DNA of 63,392 nt, filler included, from Welwitschia mirabilis (taxonomy: Eukaryota), in the NCBI GenBank assembly GCA_051453625.1. It is 4 parts of one record of this genome, joined end to end, with 100 filler letters (N's around TTAATTAATTAA, not from the genome) between each part and the next. Parts side by side here need not be neighbours in the genome. Positions count along the whole stretch, not along the records: positions 17,619 to 46,549 come from JBOZIK010000001.1; positions 46,650 to 61,045 come from JBOZIK010000001.1; 2 more parts are not named here. The stretch is one strand, 5' to 3'. The first letter of the stretch is position 1. The number at the start of each line of letters is the position of its first letter. Positions 40,301 to 54,176 of the stretch are shown piece after piece. The translations under genes were made by a program, and so were the position numbers. A model generated the notes under the pieces. That model was given only the letters and a program-made list of their open reading frames with translations. It ran no database searches and was not told the DNA's origin.

Positions 40301-42453
40301 ATATTTATGTGGTATAATTCCCCTACTCTACCTTAACCTCCAAAAAAATAGATACTATCTTTATTAGTTTTAAACATCATTACTTTAGATATAAAGTTTT
40401 TTATAGGATTTTAAATTAAAGTTTTACTAGCATGATAAGTAAGTTTTTAATATTCTTAATAAAACCTAAAGANNNNNNNNNNTACTTATTCTTTAATTTT
40501 TCTATGAAGTCTATTAGTTATAGATCTAATGTAGTAATGCATGAGAAATTAAGATTGAAAAAAATAATTCTTATGATAGACTACAAATGAAAATAATTGA
40601 AAATTATGAAATCATATGATTTAGAATTCAAATAATGATCAAATTCTTAAAAAGAATGGTAATTTTTATAGAAATAATAGTGATATTATCTAATTTTAAA
40701 AACTTATATTATAGACTCAAATAAAGTTAATGTATTTTTAACCACCCCTTTAAAATAGTAAAACTATGGTTGAGAATCTTCTATAACTATATATTTATCT
40801 TATAGGTATATTTGATATTCCAGATGATATATATCACCTCATATATAACTAATATTGCTTAATTAAAATGCTATTATTTAATCCTTTAATGTTGGATACT
40901 TCTAGCTAAACCTCCTAATAAATGTTAAAATATTAAAGAAAATATGATTTGATGATAGTGCTAACATGGTAAAATTCATTGTTAATTATGTTCTAACCTA
41001 GATGATTAATGTAATGATTTGAAAACTATATTGGAATCAAGTGTGAAATTTTCCTACACTAATAAATTTTGTATTTTCTACTTTACACTTTAAAATGCAA
41101 TTTCTAGTAATAAACTTACTCTCGTATCCTCTAAATGTAAAATAAGTAAGGTGTGAAAAGAGTTTGAAAGGGACTCATAAGAATAGATCTTAATAAAGAG
41201 GGTATATAGCTTAAATGATAAGAGTAGATGACTATGAACCATTATGTTGGGGGTTTAAATCCTTAGGAAAACCTTCTAACTATCTTTGCATGTTACATCC
41301 TTCACTACTAATTAGTTATTTTAAGGTCTTTATTAATTTGTATTGTTTTTATCTTGGTGATAAAGCTTATCCTCCATTATCTTACTAATTGAGCCTCATC
41401 TCTATTTAGAGTCATATTTGCTATACATAGTTTATGATAATATGAAGTAGTTTTGAATACAAAGATAGATGAAATTAGAATAGTTAGAGCATTAATGATA
41501 CATACTTTAAAATAATTATAATATGATGATAAAATAAGAATATGATCTGATGGCAATGCCACTATTATCATTGATCAATAGAATAATCTATTTTATATAA
41601 GATCAAGATAGATATTTTGGAGTGTTGTCACTTGATATAACCAATGTGTACTAGTATGCTATGTATATGTGGAATTCAATAATATTATAAATGAAACGTT
41701 ATCAAGGATCCTTATTTTCATACATGTCATGTAGAGAGAATCTTCGTGTTACACTCCTCATGAAACTTTATTTAGTCATGCTATTTTTCCTCTATATTTT
41801 AAAAAAGTAAGATCTTTTTTTCTTTGATTTTTTTTCTATCTAGGTCAATCAAATAAATTAAATCAATATAGCTCTATCAACATGTAAACAATAGTGAATA
41901 TTTTTGAATAATAAAATTAGCATATTCAATGTATGTTGTTTCTAGTTATATGCAAACTCTATGAATAGCTAAATCATCTTAAAAATTTACATATCATTTT
42001 GCATGCTCCTTTTGAAGAATAAAGTTATGCTATTTAGCATAGGTTATTTGATTAAAAAGAATTCTAAATTTAAAATTTCATATTCACAACATAGAATAAC
42101 TTATTGATATTAGAGCATGTATAAAAGTTTTTGAATTTTTGTAAATATATTAAACATGTTGCCAAAAGCTTAAATTTAAAATATTTACCAAAATTTTTAT
42201 AAAATCATGATGAAAAATGTAGAAAACTAAAAGATATTTAATATAAAGTAAGCTTAAATAATTAAATTAAAACAAAGATTGACTAAAGAATTAGTAAAAA
42301 CTATGAAATCTTCAACTGGCATAGTTTAAAATGCATCATAAAGATCAACTCTTGATGAAGTTTACTTGAATTGTTTAGGTTGAAAATTGATATAAAATTT
42401 CTAATTACATATTATATATTATTGAGAATGGGTAAAATGAAAAACATAGTAAG

Positions 42454-44184
42454 TATTGTAATGCTAAATTATATGTATTTGATGGGGTAAGATTGTAGGA
42501 TATTTAGATAGGTTTTAAATGAAGTTTTGATGATTATAGATAACCAATAGAATAATCATAAAATGTGTAATCTTTAACATATTTGAAGGTATTTAAGGCT
42601 AATTCTAATACTTTGCATTCTAAGGAAGAATATAATAACCTAAGAGGCCGATTTTCCTTAATTGAAGAACTTAAGAGAAGGCCATCCACATAGTTATCTA
42701 TATGATAGTCATTGGAAAACTATATATTTTTAGCTGACAGGGATTCTAACATGGATCATGACTAAAAACTGATAAGTCATCTTTTGTTATGGGGTGTCTT
42801 ATCCTATGATTATTTGGATGATAGCCAAGATAATAACTATTTTATATGACAAATGAATTATCTTTATAATGGAGTCATGCAAGTTATTTAGGTTACTAGG
42901 ATTTCATTTCCAACATCTAATGTTTTATTTTACAATCTTTTATTTAGAACTATAAATAACCCTCTTGTCCTCACTTTCAAATTTATATTTTATATAAGAA
43001 AATGTTGTGATAGGAGATCGAAGGCTAAGAGATACATCTTATGCTATAGAGAGAAGTCTTTCTTAGTATTGGGCTATGTATCCTCTATTGAGGTGATGAT
43101 GCTTTGTAAGTAGATGCTTGGTTCAAGATTAATAAAAGATTGCTTTACATCTATTATTTTCATCTTCACAATGGTTTATATTTGTCATGATTCAATGATA
43201 ATTTCATAGTTGATGTAGATCATAAGGATAACCTTTGATATGCTGATGTTATTAGTTTAAGTACTTGCATTTCATTTCATCTTGCATTTTCAAAATTATA
43301 ATAGTTGCATGTATTTATATTCTATTCAATGTTCTTTATAGCTTATGTTGGTTATGATTAGGTAACAGTTTCTCCTAATTGATCTAAGCTATATAAGTTG
43401 ATCTTGATGATAGAAAGATTGGTAGTCAAATAGATTCATTACTTAGAGTTATTTCATTTGCATNNNNNNNNNNNNNNNNNNNNNNNNNNNNNNNNNNNNN
43501 NNNNNNNNNNNNNNNNNNNNNNNNNNNNNNNNNNNNNNNNNNNNNNNNNNNNNNNNNNNNNNNNNNNNNNNNNNNNNNNNNNNNNNNNNNNNNNNNNNNN
43601 NNNNNNNNNNNNNNNNNNNNNNNNNNNNNNNNNNNNNNNNNNNNNNNNNNNNNNNNNNNNNNNNNNNNNNNNNNNNNNNNNNNNNNNNNNNNNNNNNNNN
43701 NNNNNNNNNNNNNNNNNNNNNNNNNNNNNNNNNNNNNNNNNNNNNNNNNNNNNNNNNNNNNNNNNNNNNNNNNNNNNNNNNNNNNNNNNNNNNNNNNNNN
43801 NNNNNNNNNNNNNNNNNNNNNNNNNNNNNNNNNNNNNNNNNNNNNNNNNNNNNNNNNNNNNNNAGCTATATAAGTTGATCTTGATGATAGAAAGATTGGT
43901 AGTCAAATAGATTCATTACTTAGAGTTATTTCATTTGCATCTCATTTATAAGCATTACACTAGCATTTATTTTATATTGTATTTTTGCATTGTTTTCTAT
44001 TTTCATTTACTTAATGGAAAAAGACTTTGCTAAAATCAATTCTTTAACTTCTAGCCCAATGCCTTCAATGGATTACTATATTTAGATTAACTCTTGTCTA
44101 TACTAGTATGTGTTTTGTGCAAGAATTTTTGATTTATAGGATTTGCATAAGGACTTAAGGATTATATAAATTAACACCACAATA
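42454..44184 (+). mobile_element. 5' LTR of Athila-like element E (~1.25 kb after removing the false gap)
   Basis: Start tattgtaatgctaaattatatgtatttgat matches the reverse complement of the 4252 end. TATA ctataaata (~42950). End caccacaata, then PBS tgatgccattattagagaa (44188-44206) and 5' UTR to 44520. Confidence 0.8.
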
Positions 44185-44520
44185 TTTTGATGCCATTATT
44201 AGAGAAGCCTATAAGGAGGTAGAGGATTGTTGCTATATCAGATAAGTATCTTGGATCTTGATTTAGATGATTTAGTTGAAGTAGTATTGTATTTTTAATT
44301 TTTAATTTTCATAGGTCTATTTCTACAATGTTTTCTATAAAGTTAATAAGCCTTGTCATCTTCTTTGTCATCTAGATAATGTGAATAGATGATTGTATAT
44401 AGTTATATTTTTCTATTTTTTAACAATAATGTTTTCTATTTTTTGGTAACATAATAAAGTCATTGCCATTTCCTTTATCATCTAGATGATTAAGTAAATG
44501 ACTAGCAATATTTTTATTTT

Positions 44521-45807
44521 TGTTGAGAATCCATTATTATTAATTAATTTAACAAGTTTTTTGTAAGTTAGTCTTTTGTGTAAGTAATTCCCAGCACTAG
44601 GCAATCGACACATAAGATTAGGTAACCGACTGATTAAGAACTATAAAAATGCTTTAGAATTGGGCAATCACATATTAAATATTGGGTGACCAAACTAATA
44701 CAACATAAAGAGACTAGTTCATACATGGGTGACCATCATCTATACATGGGTGACCATAGTTTACTTAGATAGATTAAATTAGATAATAGATGGATGACCA
44801 ACAAGTATCTTACGAGTGACTATAGCACACGTAGTGAAATACCATTTGATAGTAGAATGGGTGACCAACTAGATGCCTAAGGGTGATCACATGTCATGCA
44901 GTAAGAATCTATCTGGTAGCAGTATGGGTGACTGAAAATTTCTTGATAGCTGATCGTACGACAATCAGTACAACATGAATCTAATAACTTAAGGTTAACC
45001 ACATGTAAAAATATCGAGCAACCAAGTTCAACACTAAATCTCCACTCATAAGATCAACTAGGTAAAAATGGCTAGGGTAACCTACCTAAGGATGACCAAG
45101 TATTTTAATAAGGGTGACCAAATTTGCACCTATTTTGTACTGTGAAATCCATGACAAGCAAGGATGATTAAACATTAGAATAAGGGTGACCACAGATGTG
45201 GAAGACCAAAGTATTATGTAAGGTCAACTGTACAACAAAGAAATGTAACCATTATAAATACAACAATTTATTAGAAAAAGTACAACATTTCATTAAAAAG
45301 ATGCAATAGTTTACTTCTTCTTATGAAAATGGTCACATATCATTTCTTAAAAATAAAAGCTCTCCTCTATTTAATAGAGAGACATGATTGCTGAATTATT
45401 AAATTTGAAATTGAATACGAACTGTTATACTCTATTCTAGCACATTTGAACATTCTTCAAGTTTAGATTTCTATTCTACTTGCATCTTGATACTTTCTTG
45501 AGAAAAATATTATTATACCTTAAAGGAGACATCTGTGCTTTAGAGCATCCTTCCTTTCTATCATTATTTCATGGTTGAGGATAAGCCTTAAAATCCTCAT
45601 TAATTGTAAAAGGTTATTTGGTGAGCCTAAAAACTATTCTTGGGAGCAAGTATATGATAGGTAGGACAAGGAGTCTACAAAGCTAAAAGGTGGTTTCTAT
45701 CCACCATTACTTTTTTATATTTTTGCCTTTTATAGGTTATGAGCAATAATAAATCATAACATCAAAAGACCTATTCACCCCCCTCTAGGGTCGATCCTCT
45801 ACTTTCA
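44521..45807 (+). mobile_element. 5' LTR of Sirevirus-like SIRE-3 (1287 bp)
   Basis: tgttg...tttca termini, about 12 gggtgacca motifs (44600-45195), U5 cctattcacccccctctagg. Confidence 0.9.
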
Positions 45808-45809
45808 AT

Positions 45810-45821
45810 TGGTATTGGAGC
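45810..45821 (+). promoter_or_regulatory. PBS (tRNA-iMet type)
   Basis: tggtattggagc versus canonical TGGTATCAGAGC, 2 bp after the LTR end. Confidence 0.85.
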
Positions 45822-45869
45822 TAGGTTAAGTAACAGATCCTAATAGATCTCTGCTACACTTCCCTAGAA

Positions 45870-46549
45870 AATGAGTTAATCCACTGAAGGAAATTCTATC
45901 ACAAGACATCCCTTCTTCAATGGAATAAATTATGGTTATTAGAAAGCCAAGAGGAGAGTCTTTATTTAATTCATTGACCAAGAAATCTGGGAATCTATTC
46001 TTAACGAGTATTGCTCTCTGACTATGCAGGATCCAGTTACCAAGTTGGCAATTCTGAAAAGCAAGAACAAATGGATGTCAGACAAGAAACAAGCAGCAAC
46101 TTGCAACTTCAAAGGCCTAAATGCTATTTTCTGTGCTATAAGTCCTAAAGATTTTAAAAGAAGGGTGAACTGCACCACTTCTAAAGAAGCAAGGGATATC
46201 TTGAAAATAGCACATGAAGGAACAAATGTAGTAAAGCAGGCTAAGCTTCAAATGCTGATCACCTAGTTTAGAGACCTAAAGATGGAATATGATGAAGGTA
46301 TAAATGATTTCTTTGTAAAAATAATAGATATTATTAATTCTATGCATGGATTAGGTGAAAAAAATGATGAATTAAGAGTGATTCGCAAAGCCTTGAGATC
46401 TCTGCCAAAAAGGTTCAAATCAAAGTAACTGCTATAGAGGAAATCAAGGACCTTAACATCATAAAATTGGATGAACTCCAAGAGAACCTTCAAACCTTTG
46501 AGATAAAATTTGGAAAGTAGAAGAAGAAGAGTGTGGCATTATCTACCAC
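45870..46549 (+). pseudogene. Copia/Sirevirus gag (SIRE-3), cut by the linker gap
   Basis: MS*STEGNSITRHPFFNGINYGY*K..IDQEIW, then ILKIAHEGTNVVKQAKLQML and KALRSLPKRF. Confidence 0.92.
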
Positions 46550-46649
46550 NNNNNNNNNNNNNNNNNNNNNNNNNNNNNNNNNNNNNNNNNNNNTTAATTA
46601 ATTAANNNNNNNNNNNNNNNNNNNNNNNNNNNNNNNNNNNNNNNNNNNN

Positions 46650-47641
46650 TTAGAGAATCAATAGAAGATCTTAGATATGTGCAATTCTTATTATATTTGA
46701 GTCATTTAAGGCATATTCTAATACTCATAGTTGTAAAGGAAGATGACTGGTAGAAATACTAGCTTCTTCTCAATAAAATAATTAAAGAAGACTATTGTCC
46801 CTTATGTCATCCCTATGACAGATAGGATGATGACAATATTTGATGCTGATGTGGACTACTAAAACACTGCTAAGTCATCATGCTAAGTTATATTTTGTAA
46901 TTAGATTTCATCTCCATCATTGTCTAGATGACAGTCAGGATAACACTGACATTGTAACTAACTTTGACAGTAGCCCCTTAACTTTTTCATCCATTTCTTC
47001 TCTATAAAAGAGTGTGTATTACAGTACCTTATGTTTATCATTTTGTAGTATGTAATCTTATAAATAAGTCTTTCTTAGATTCTTCTCTCTATCTTCATGG
47101 CATAAAAAATTCTCATGGTAGGAGATCAAAGGATAGGAAATCCATCTCAAGAGCTATAAAAAGACATTTACTTGGTGGAGGACTATGTATCCTTCATTAA
47201 GTCCTAAATGTTTTGTAACCCAGATGTTGTTCCTTTTAATATAAAAACTTTGTTTTTATTATTACATATTAGTTGATTAGATGTTCCTTAAGGTTTATGT
47301 TACCCTTAATCTAATGACAATTTCAGTGGTAATACAAATCATAAGGGCATCCTTTATCAAGGCTGAAAGGAAGTAGTTTAGTTTCATTTTTTATTGCATT
47401 TAGTTAGTTACATTTTGCATTTGTATTTCATCTTTTATTTCTTATATTGTTATTTAAATCTAGTTATCATTTACTTGTGAAAAGCAATCTTAGTCTTATC
47501 TCATAGTCTTCAATGAGAATACAACATTCAGGTTCACTCCCGCTCATACTAGTGTGTTGTATTATGTAAGATGTCTATATTACTTATGAAATGATATAAT
47601 ATTTTTGAATATAAATGCTTGCACAAATACACACTGTAATA
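46650..47641 (+). mobile_element. Family A-like LTR, 5' part in the gap, no PBS (3' or solo LTR)
   Basis: Reverse-complement homolog of 21530-22510. Ends caaatacacactgtaata. Confidence 0.85.
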
Positions 47642-47822
47642 GTATGCAAACATAATTATTCAAAAAAAATACGACTACTAAAATTTTCATTATCCTCCTA
47701 CTTAAATTATTTAACACATTACACTATGAAAATTGAGTGTCATACATAATAATCATTATAAGATGCAAAAATGATAGCTTTAGAAAATGATGATGTGTAT
47801 GCATAATTAGGGATAGTGATAC

Positions 47823-50800
47823 TATTGCACTACAAACTTTTCTATATTAGATAGGGTATTTTAATTAGTTTTACAGAATATTAGATAGGTTTATGCTAGA
47901 TTTAAATGATAATGGAGAGCTTAGATGAATGATATAAAAGCATGCAATCTTTATTACATTTTACAGCATTTGAAGTAATTTATAATATTTCTTATCTAAA
48001 GTAAAAAATCTATAAAAAATGAGACTAATGTATTATATAAAGAATTGTACAAAAGCCTATAATTCAACTCATCATCTAGGTGATTATACAAATAATAAAA
48101 CACTTAGATAGAGATGGATGCTAACTAGAATCAATTTAGTAGCTAATGTGGAATTCTTATCAGATGGAATCATCTCTTGTATTGTCCAGATGACTAGCAA
48201 GATAACACTAGAAATAGATGCTTCACCAAACTCTGTCAAACTCTAGCCATTTATCTCATACTTTCTTATGTAGTTGTTAGGATTGTTTACATACCTATTA
48301 ACTGTTGTAGTGCATATTTATGCAATGTTACATCCTTAGGAATGTCGAATCATACCAATCACAAATATAATACAAAAATACAATACATTAATATAGATGA
48401 GAGTGAACTGAATGTTATAATCCATTAAAGGCTAAAATAGGAAATAATAGAGCTGCTTTCCACAAAGAAATGCTTGTACTCTATCTATAGATATAACTTG
48501 AAATGCATGAAAGTAAAAATGAAACACACTCATGCAAATTTAATATAGAAAAAGGAAATATAATGCACCCACTTAAACTAACTATTCATAACCTTAATAA
48601 AGATTTCTCTCATAACCTATATTAATAAAGAAAATTTCATTAGAAATATAAGCTATGAGGATGAGAAACAAACATGCATTGAAAAAGGAAAAGTAACATT
48701 TTGTATTAAGTCTCAAAGAACATTCGTATTATAAAGTAGCTATAATTAATGAAGGAAATGCTACTCAACACTGAGGAAAATGTCTTTCTGTAATTATTAG
48801 AATGGCTCTTTAAGCCTTTAATCTTCTATCACAAGAATTGCAAGTGAAAATGAAGACAAGTAGGAGTCAAGGATGAGATCACTATTTATTAACACATAAG
48901 CATCCAATAAAACAAAAAAAAAAAAACATGTGGATAAAATTGTAATGAATAAATGAGGAGAAATGGATATACATGTGGTAAAAGTTAGGTGAATGTTTAG
49001 TGCATACATCATAACAATATCATCTGATTGGTCATCTAGATGATAGAAGAGACATTGCCATTCCATAAATAATCCACATCAACTGCTAGATGGATTACAG
49101 TCAGTAACTTATTGGCATGAACTTTTTGATAGTCTATTTAGGTCATTTAGATGATTCGATAAATGATGGTCTTTTACAAATCTTTAATTAGTGCCTCAGC
49201 TTCAATGTTTGCAAGAAGTTGTCTTAGGAATGTAAAGTATTTAGAATTGCTTAAAATGCTATAAATCATCATGGAGATAACACGTTTTCATCTTTTTCAT
49301 CTCCTCTCTTCATTATTATGGAAATCAAGCTTTTACCTATCTGTTAACCTATAAAACCACTTAAAATACACTATTAAATATGTATAAGTAGCACTGTAAC
49401 ATAGTCCTCCACTTAGCCTTATTAATTCCTGATAAATCTATGTGGTAAACCATGTTTGCGAGCCAACTTATTAGATAATAAAACAACTAGGATACTTAAG
49501 GAAATCATTTCAGAAGGATTTTCAGGTTTTATAAAGATACATACTAAATTTTAAAAAATTAGAAAAATGAAACATTTCACCTACCAGAAGCTTAGTCAGT
49601 CAGTCATGTGGATTATCATCTAGACAATGGAAGGAATTACAGGCTTAAAAAAGGTTTTTAAAAACTTAAACTTGTAACATAATTTTTATTTTTATAGTTA
49701 ATTAGATAATGTAATAAAATAGTTTTCCACTAAATTAAGCAATAATGATTAAAAAATTGCCTACATAAAATAAATTTTTATCATGACATGTAAAAAAATT
49801 TAAAAGATAGACATGAAAAATCAAATATAAATCAGTATACCATGATGGAAAAATAACGTATCTATAATATGTTACAAGATAGTTTTCATTACAAAAGATG
49901 TATTTAAGATGAGATACAAAATAATAATACAAAATCACTAACCTCATTGATACATTATAAACTATGGCTTAGCAGCTAGCTGCTGAGTAGGGGAAGTAGA
50001 AGAAAGATGCTTAGGATCTATGGGGAAATGGAGGTTTAAAATCTAGAGGTATATCTAACCATATTATTGCCCTAAATATGTACCACCTGGAGAATATTTA
50101 TTATAATACTCTACTAAATGGAAATAACATGCTGACACATGTCAATGATCTACACCTTAGAGTAATTCATTTCTCCTCTCAATAGATAGAATACTCACTC
50201 AAATGTCTATTATCCTTGATCAAGAGTCTGTGTTCTCTAATCAAGTACCTATGTCTTTTGATGAAAATCCTAGATCCCCTAATCAAATGTATGAATATCT
50301 CTATTTATGAAACCTTTAATGGTCTTAGTGGTCTCAGTTAGAAGAGCTTGTATTTACTCAAGTGAAGCTCCAACCATAGGTATTTATACCTGAGATCTCT
50401 CTGTTTCATTTGGAACCTATATACTCATGTCTTGTAGAGAGTGAGCTGAGGTCTAAATGTGTGATAAATGCTACTCATGCAATATTACATTCTTAAGTAA
50501 AGTTAAATCTTGTCAATCACAAATATAATGCATAAACACAACACACTAATATATATGAAAGTAACCTAAATGTCATAATCTGTCAAAGGCTAAAGTAAGA
50601 AATAAGAGAGTTACTTTCCATAAAGAAATGCTTGTACTCTAACTATAGAAATAACTTAAAATGTGTAAAAGTAAAAATGTAAAACACACCTACAAAGATA
50701 ACTTAGGAAAAGAAAATACAATGCATCTAACCTAAACTAACTATGCATAACCTTGACAAAGGTTGCCCTCATTACATATATTACTAGAGAAACTATCGTT

Positions 50801-51930
50801 AGATCAGAAGCAACATAAGCTATAAGAGTGGGGAATAAACATTCATTGAAAAAGAAAAAGTTCATTTTGTATAAGTCTTGAATAACATCCATGTTACAAA
50901 GAAGACATACCTTAATGAAAGAAACACTACCCAACACCAAGGAAAGTGTCTCTGCACAATTATCAGCATGGATCTCCAGTTCTTTAATCTCTTATCATAA
51001 GAATTACAAGTGAAAACAAAGATAAGTAGGAGTCAAAGGTAAGATCACTATTTATTAACACATAAGAACATAAGAAAACAGATAGAAAGGCATGGTTAAA
51101 ATCATAATAGTCATGCAAAGAGAAATGGATATACATGTGGTAGAAGTCAGATGAATGTTTAGTACAAATGTTACAATAGTGTCACTTGGCTAATCATCTA
51201 GCTAGATGATAAAAGAGATGTTACCACCTCATAAATAATCAACATCAACTACCAAATAAATTACAATCAGCATTCCATCAGCATGAACTATTTGGTCATT
51301 CATCCAGATTATCCGGATGATGAGGTGGATGATTATCGTTTATAAATATTTAATCACTTCTTTAGCCTCTATGTTTTGCAAGAAGTTGTTTTAGAAATGT
51401 AAAGTATTTAAAATTGCTCAAAATGCTATAAATAATAATGAAGATCTCATGTTTTCATCTTTTTCATCTCAACTCTTCATTGTCATGGAAATCAATCATT
51501 TACCTGTCTATTAACTTATAAAACCACTTAAAATACATTATCAAATATGTGTAAGCTGGTGGTACAACATTAATCATATTTATTTTTAGAGTTTATTTTA
51601 TAAATAAATACTTCCTCTAGCCTTGACTCTATTTCATTTTCATTTGCATTAAAAATTCTCATGATAGGAGATTAAAGCACTAGAGGTCCATCCATTATTG
51701 TTGTAGAGAGATGTCTTCCTTGTCTTTGCGTTGTGCATCCTTTATTGAAATGCTACTACTTTGTAACATAGATGTTGATTTAATTCTACTAAAAACTCTA
51801 TTTTTTTCATATATTTATTTTGTGCATGTTCCTTATAGTTTATGTTTCTTTTGATTCCATAACATCTTTTTTAGTGATATAGATCATGAGGGAAATCTTT
51901 ATTAAGGTTAACATTATTAGTTTAGATTAG
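47823..51930 (+). mobile_element. Athila-type LTR split by an insertion (47823-48302 and 51570-~51930), 3'-truncated
   Basis: Start tattgcactac. Both halves are colinear with the reverse complement of LTR 3007-4252. Confidence 0.75.
48303..51569 (-). mobile_element. 3.27 kb deletion-derivative Athila (3' LTR 48303-49401, PPT, 3' UTR and ORF2 tail, 5' LTR ~50477-51569), TSD TTAAC/TTAAT
   Basis: Two homologous LTRs, PPT-complement tagtcctccacttagcc at 49402, internal part homologous to 53646-54665, flanks ttaac (48298-48302) and ttaat (51570-51574). Confidence 0.88.
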
Positions 51931-52556
51931 TGTTACAATAGGCAGTGATTGATCACTATCACTATAACTAGTCATCATAATAAAATGAAAACAACTCAAA
52001 CTAAGTTATCTATTGGAGTCTTAGAACTTGCAAGTGATTGATTGTCAACTTTGTAATTCACATTCAGTTGGTAACTATTCTAAAATTTTGAAAGAAATAG
52101 TCACATAGTAGTCACTTCAAAAGATAGAAAAAAGAAAAGAACCAGTTCATTGGGCTATCATTTTTAGAATTTGGCGTGCATCAGCCAGGAATGGCCATAA
52201 TGCAAATAGCATCTATGTTAGATATAAGGGCATATGGGCATTGAGCTATGCAATTTAAGGACTAGGTATCACCAAAGGTAATAATGTTATGTACAAATAG
52301 GTAATATTAGGGGAAGTTAAAAATGAATTTATAGCTCTATAGATTGAAGTAGAAAATTTATATGATCAGGTAGTAGATCTTAGAAAAAATATATCATAAA
52401 GACATATAATGCAAACATTTCAAGAGGTTTCTTTCTAGTCTCCTTATTATATTCATTTGCCCTCATTTCATCCTGATGGATATCTTGCAATTTCCTATAA
52501 TTGAATTGTATGACTGAATCTAAAAAATTTCTCACTCTCTTTTATGAGTTTCATAG

Positions 52557-53645
52557 TGTTCTAGTGTATATTTATGCAACATTTATGTCCTGAGTAGAAT
52601 CCTGTTAATTATAAATAATAATACACAAACATAACATACTAATATAGATAGGACTTAATCCAAATGTCGTAATTCATTGAAGGTTAAAGTAGAAAATAAA
52701 AGAGTTGCTTTCGAAAGAGTAATGCTTGTATCCTAAGCTATAGAAATCACTTGCAATGCATGAAAAAAGTAAAATAAAATTATGCAAAGCTAATCTAGGA
52801 AAAACAAATAATAATGCACTTAATCTAAAATAGCCAATCACAACTTTAACAAAGGTTGTTCTAATAACCTATATTACAAGAGAAGTTATCACTAGATGTT
52901 AAGCATCATAAGCTATGAGGGAGAGAAACATTTACACATTAAAGCATAAAAAGAAATGTTTTATATTAAGATTCAAACTAAATTAGTATTACAAAGTAGC
53001 TGCACCTCAATGAAGGAAACACTACCCAATACCAAGGAAACATCTTTCTGAAACTACATAATGGATATCCAGCCCTTTAATCTTTTGTCATGAGAATTTT
53101 AGGTGCAAAGGTAGACAAGAAAGAATCAAGGATGACATCTCTATTTATTGACTAAAAACACATAATAGCAAAGATAGAAAGATATGGATAAATCATAATG
53201 GCCATACAAAAATAAAACATAAATATAAGTGGTAAAAGTTTGGTGAATATTTAGTATAGATATTACAATAGTGTCATCCAGCTAGTCATCCAGATAATAG
53301 AGGAAATGATACCATCTCATAATTGATTCACATTAGTTACTAGTCATACTTCAGTCAACATCTTGACACGATCATCTGTATAGTCATCCAGATGATGAGA
53401 TGGATAATGGGCTTTAATAATTCTTTAGTTATTGCATTAGCCTTAATGTTTACAAGAAGTTATCTTTAGAAATACCAAGTGTTCATATTTGTTTAGAATG
53501 CTTATAAATTATCAAATAGATTGCATATTTTTATTCTTTTCATTATAGCTCTCCATTATCATAAAAACTAAGCATTTACCTGTCTATTTATCTGCAAAAC
53601 AACTTAGAATACCCTATCAAATATGTGTAAGTTAGCAACATAACA
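52557..53645 (-). mobile_element. 3' LTR (1089 bp) of an Athila related to the 48303 element
   Basis: tgttct...cataaca termini, PPT-complement tatccttccacttagcc at 53646. Confidence 0.88.
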
Positions 53646-54176
53646 TATCCTTCCACTTAGCCTTATTAGTCCCTCATAAAACTAGGCAGTAAACCTTATT
53701 TGTAAGCTAACTTATTAGATAATAAAACAAATAGGATACATAAAGAAATTATCTCATAAAGATTTGTAGAATACTTCAAAGATAGAAAACTGAATTAATA
53801 AGAAATTAAAAATACTAAATAAAACACTTGTGCAAGCTCAGTAGCTAATCATCTGAATAATTGTCTAGATGATATAGGGGATGATAGGATTAGAAAAAGC
53901 TTTAAGTTCTAAAACCTATAACAAAATTTCATTTTCACATATAATTAGTTAAACTTAATAAATAACTCCTCTAAAAAAATAAATAGTCAGGAATGAAATA
54001 TTTGCCCAGGCATAAATAAATCCTCATTATAAAAATCGAAAGATAACCATGTAAAATCAGGAAGAAATGAGTACACCATGCTAGAAAAATGATATGTCTA
54101 TATAACAGTAAAAGAGAGCTTTTTTAGTACGAAGAGTATAGAAGGGGAGATATAAAATATAGTTCAAAATCACTCC

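Noticed and set aside
40880..41704. Possible additional + strand solo LTR ending ...gttatca
   Set aside because: Only weak U5-like similarity (tactagtatg). I could not define a 5' terminus or a TSD.
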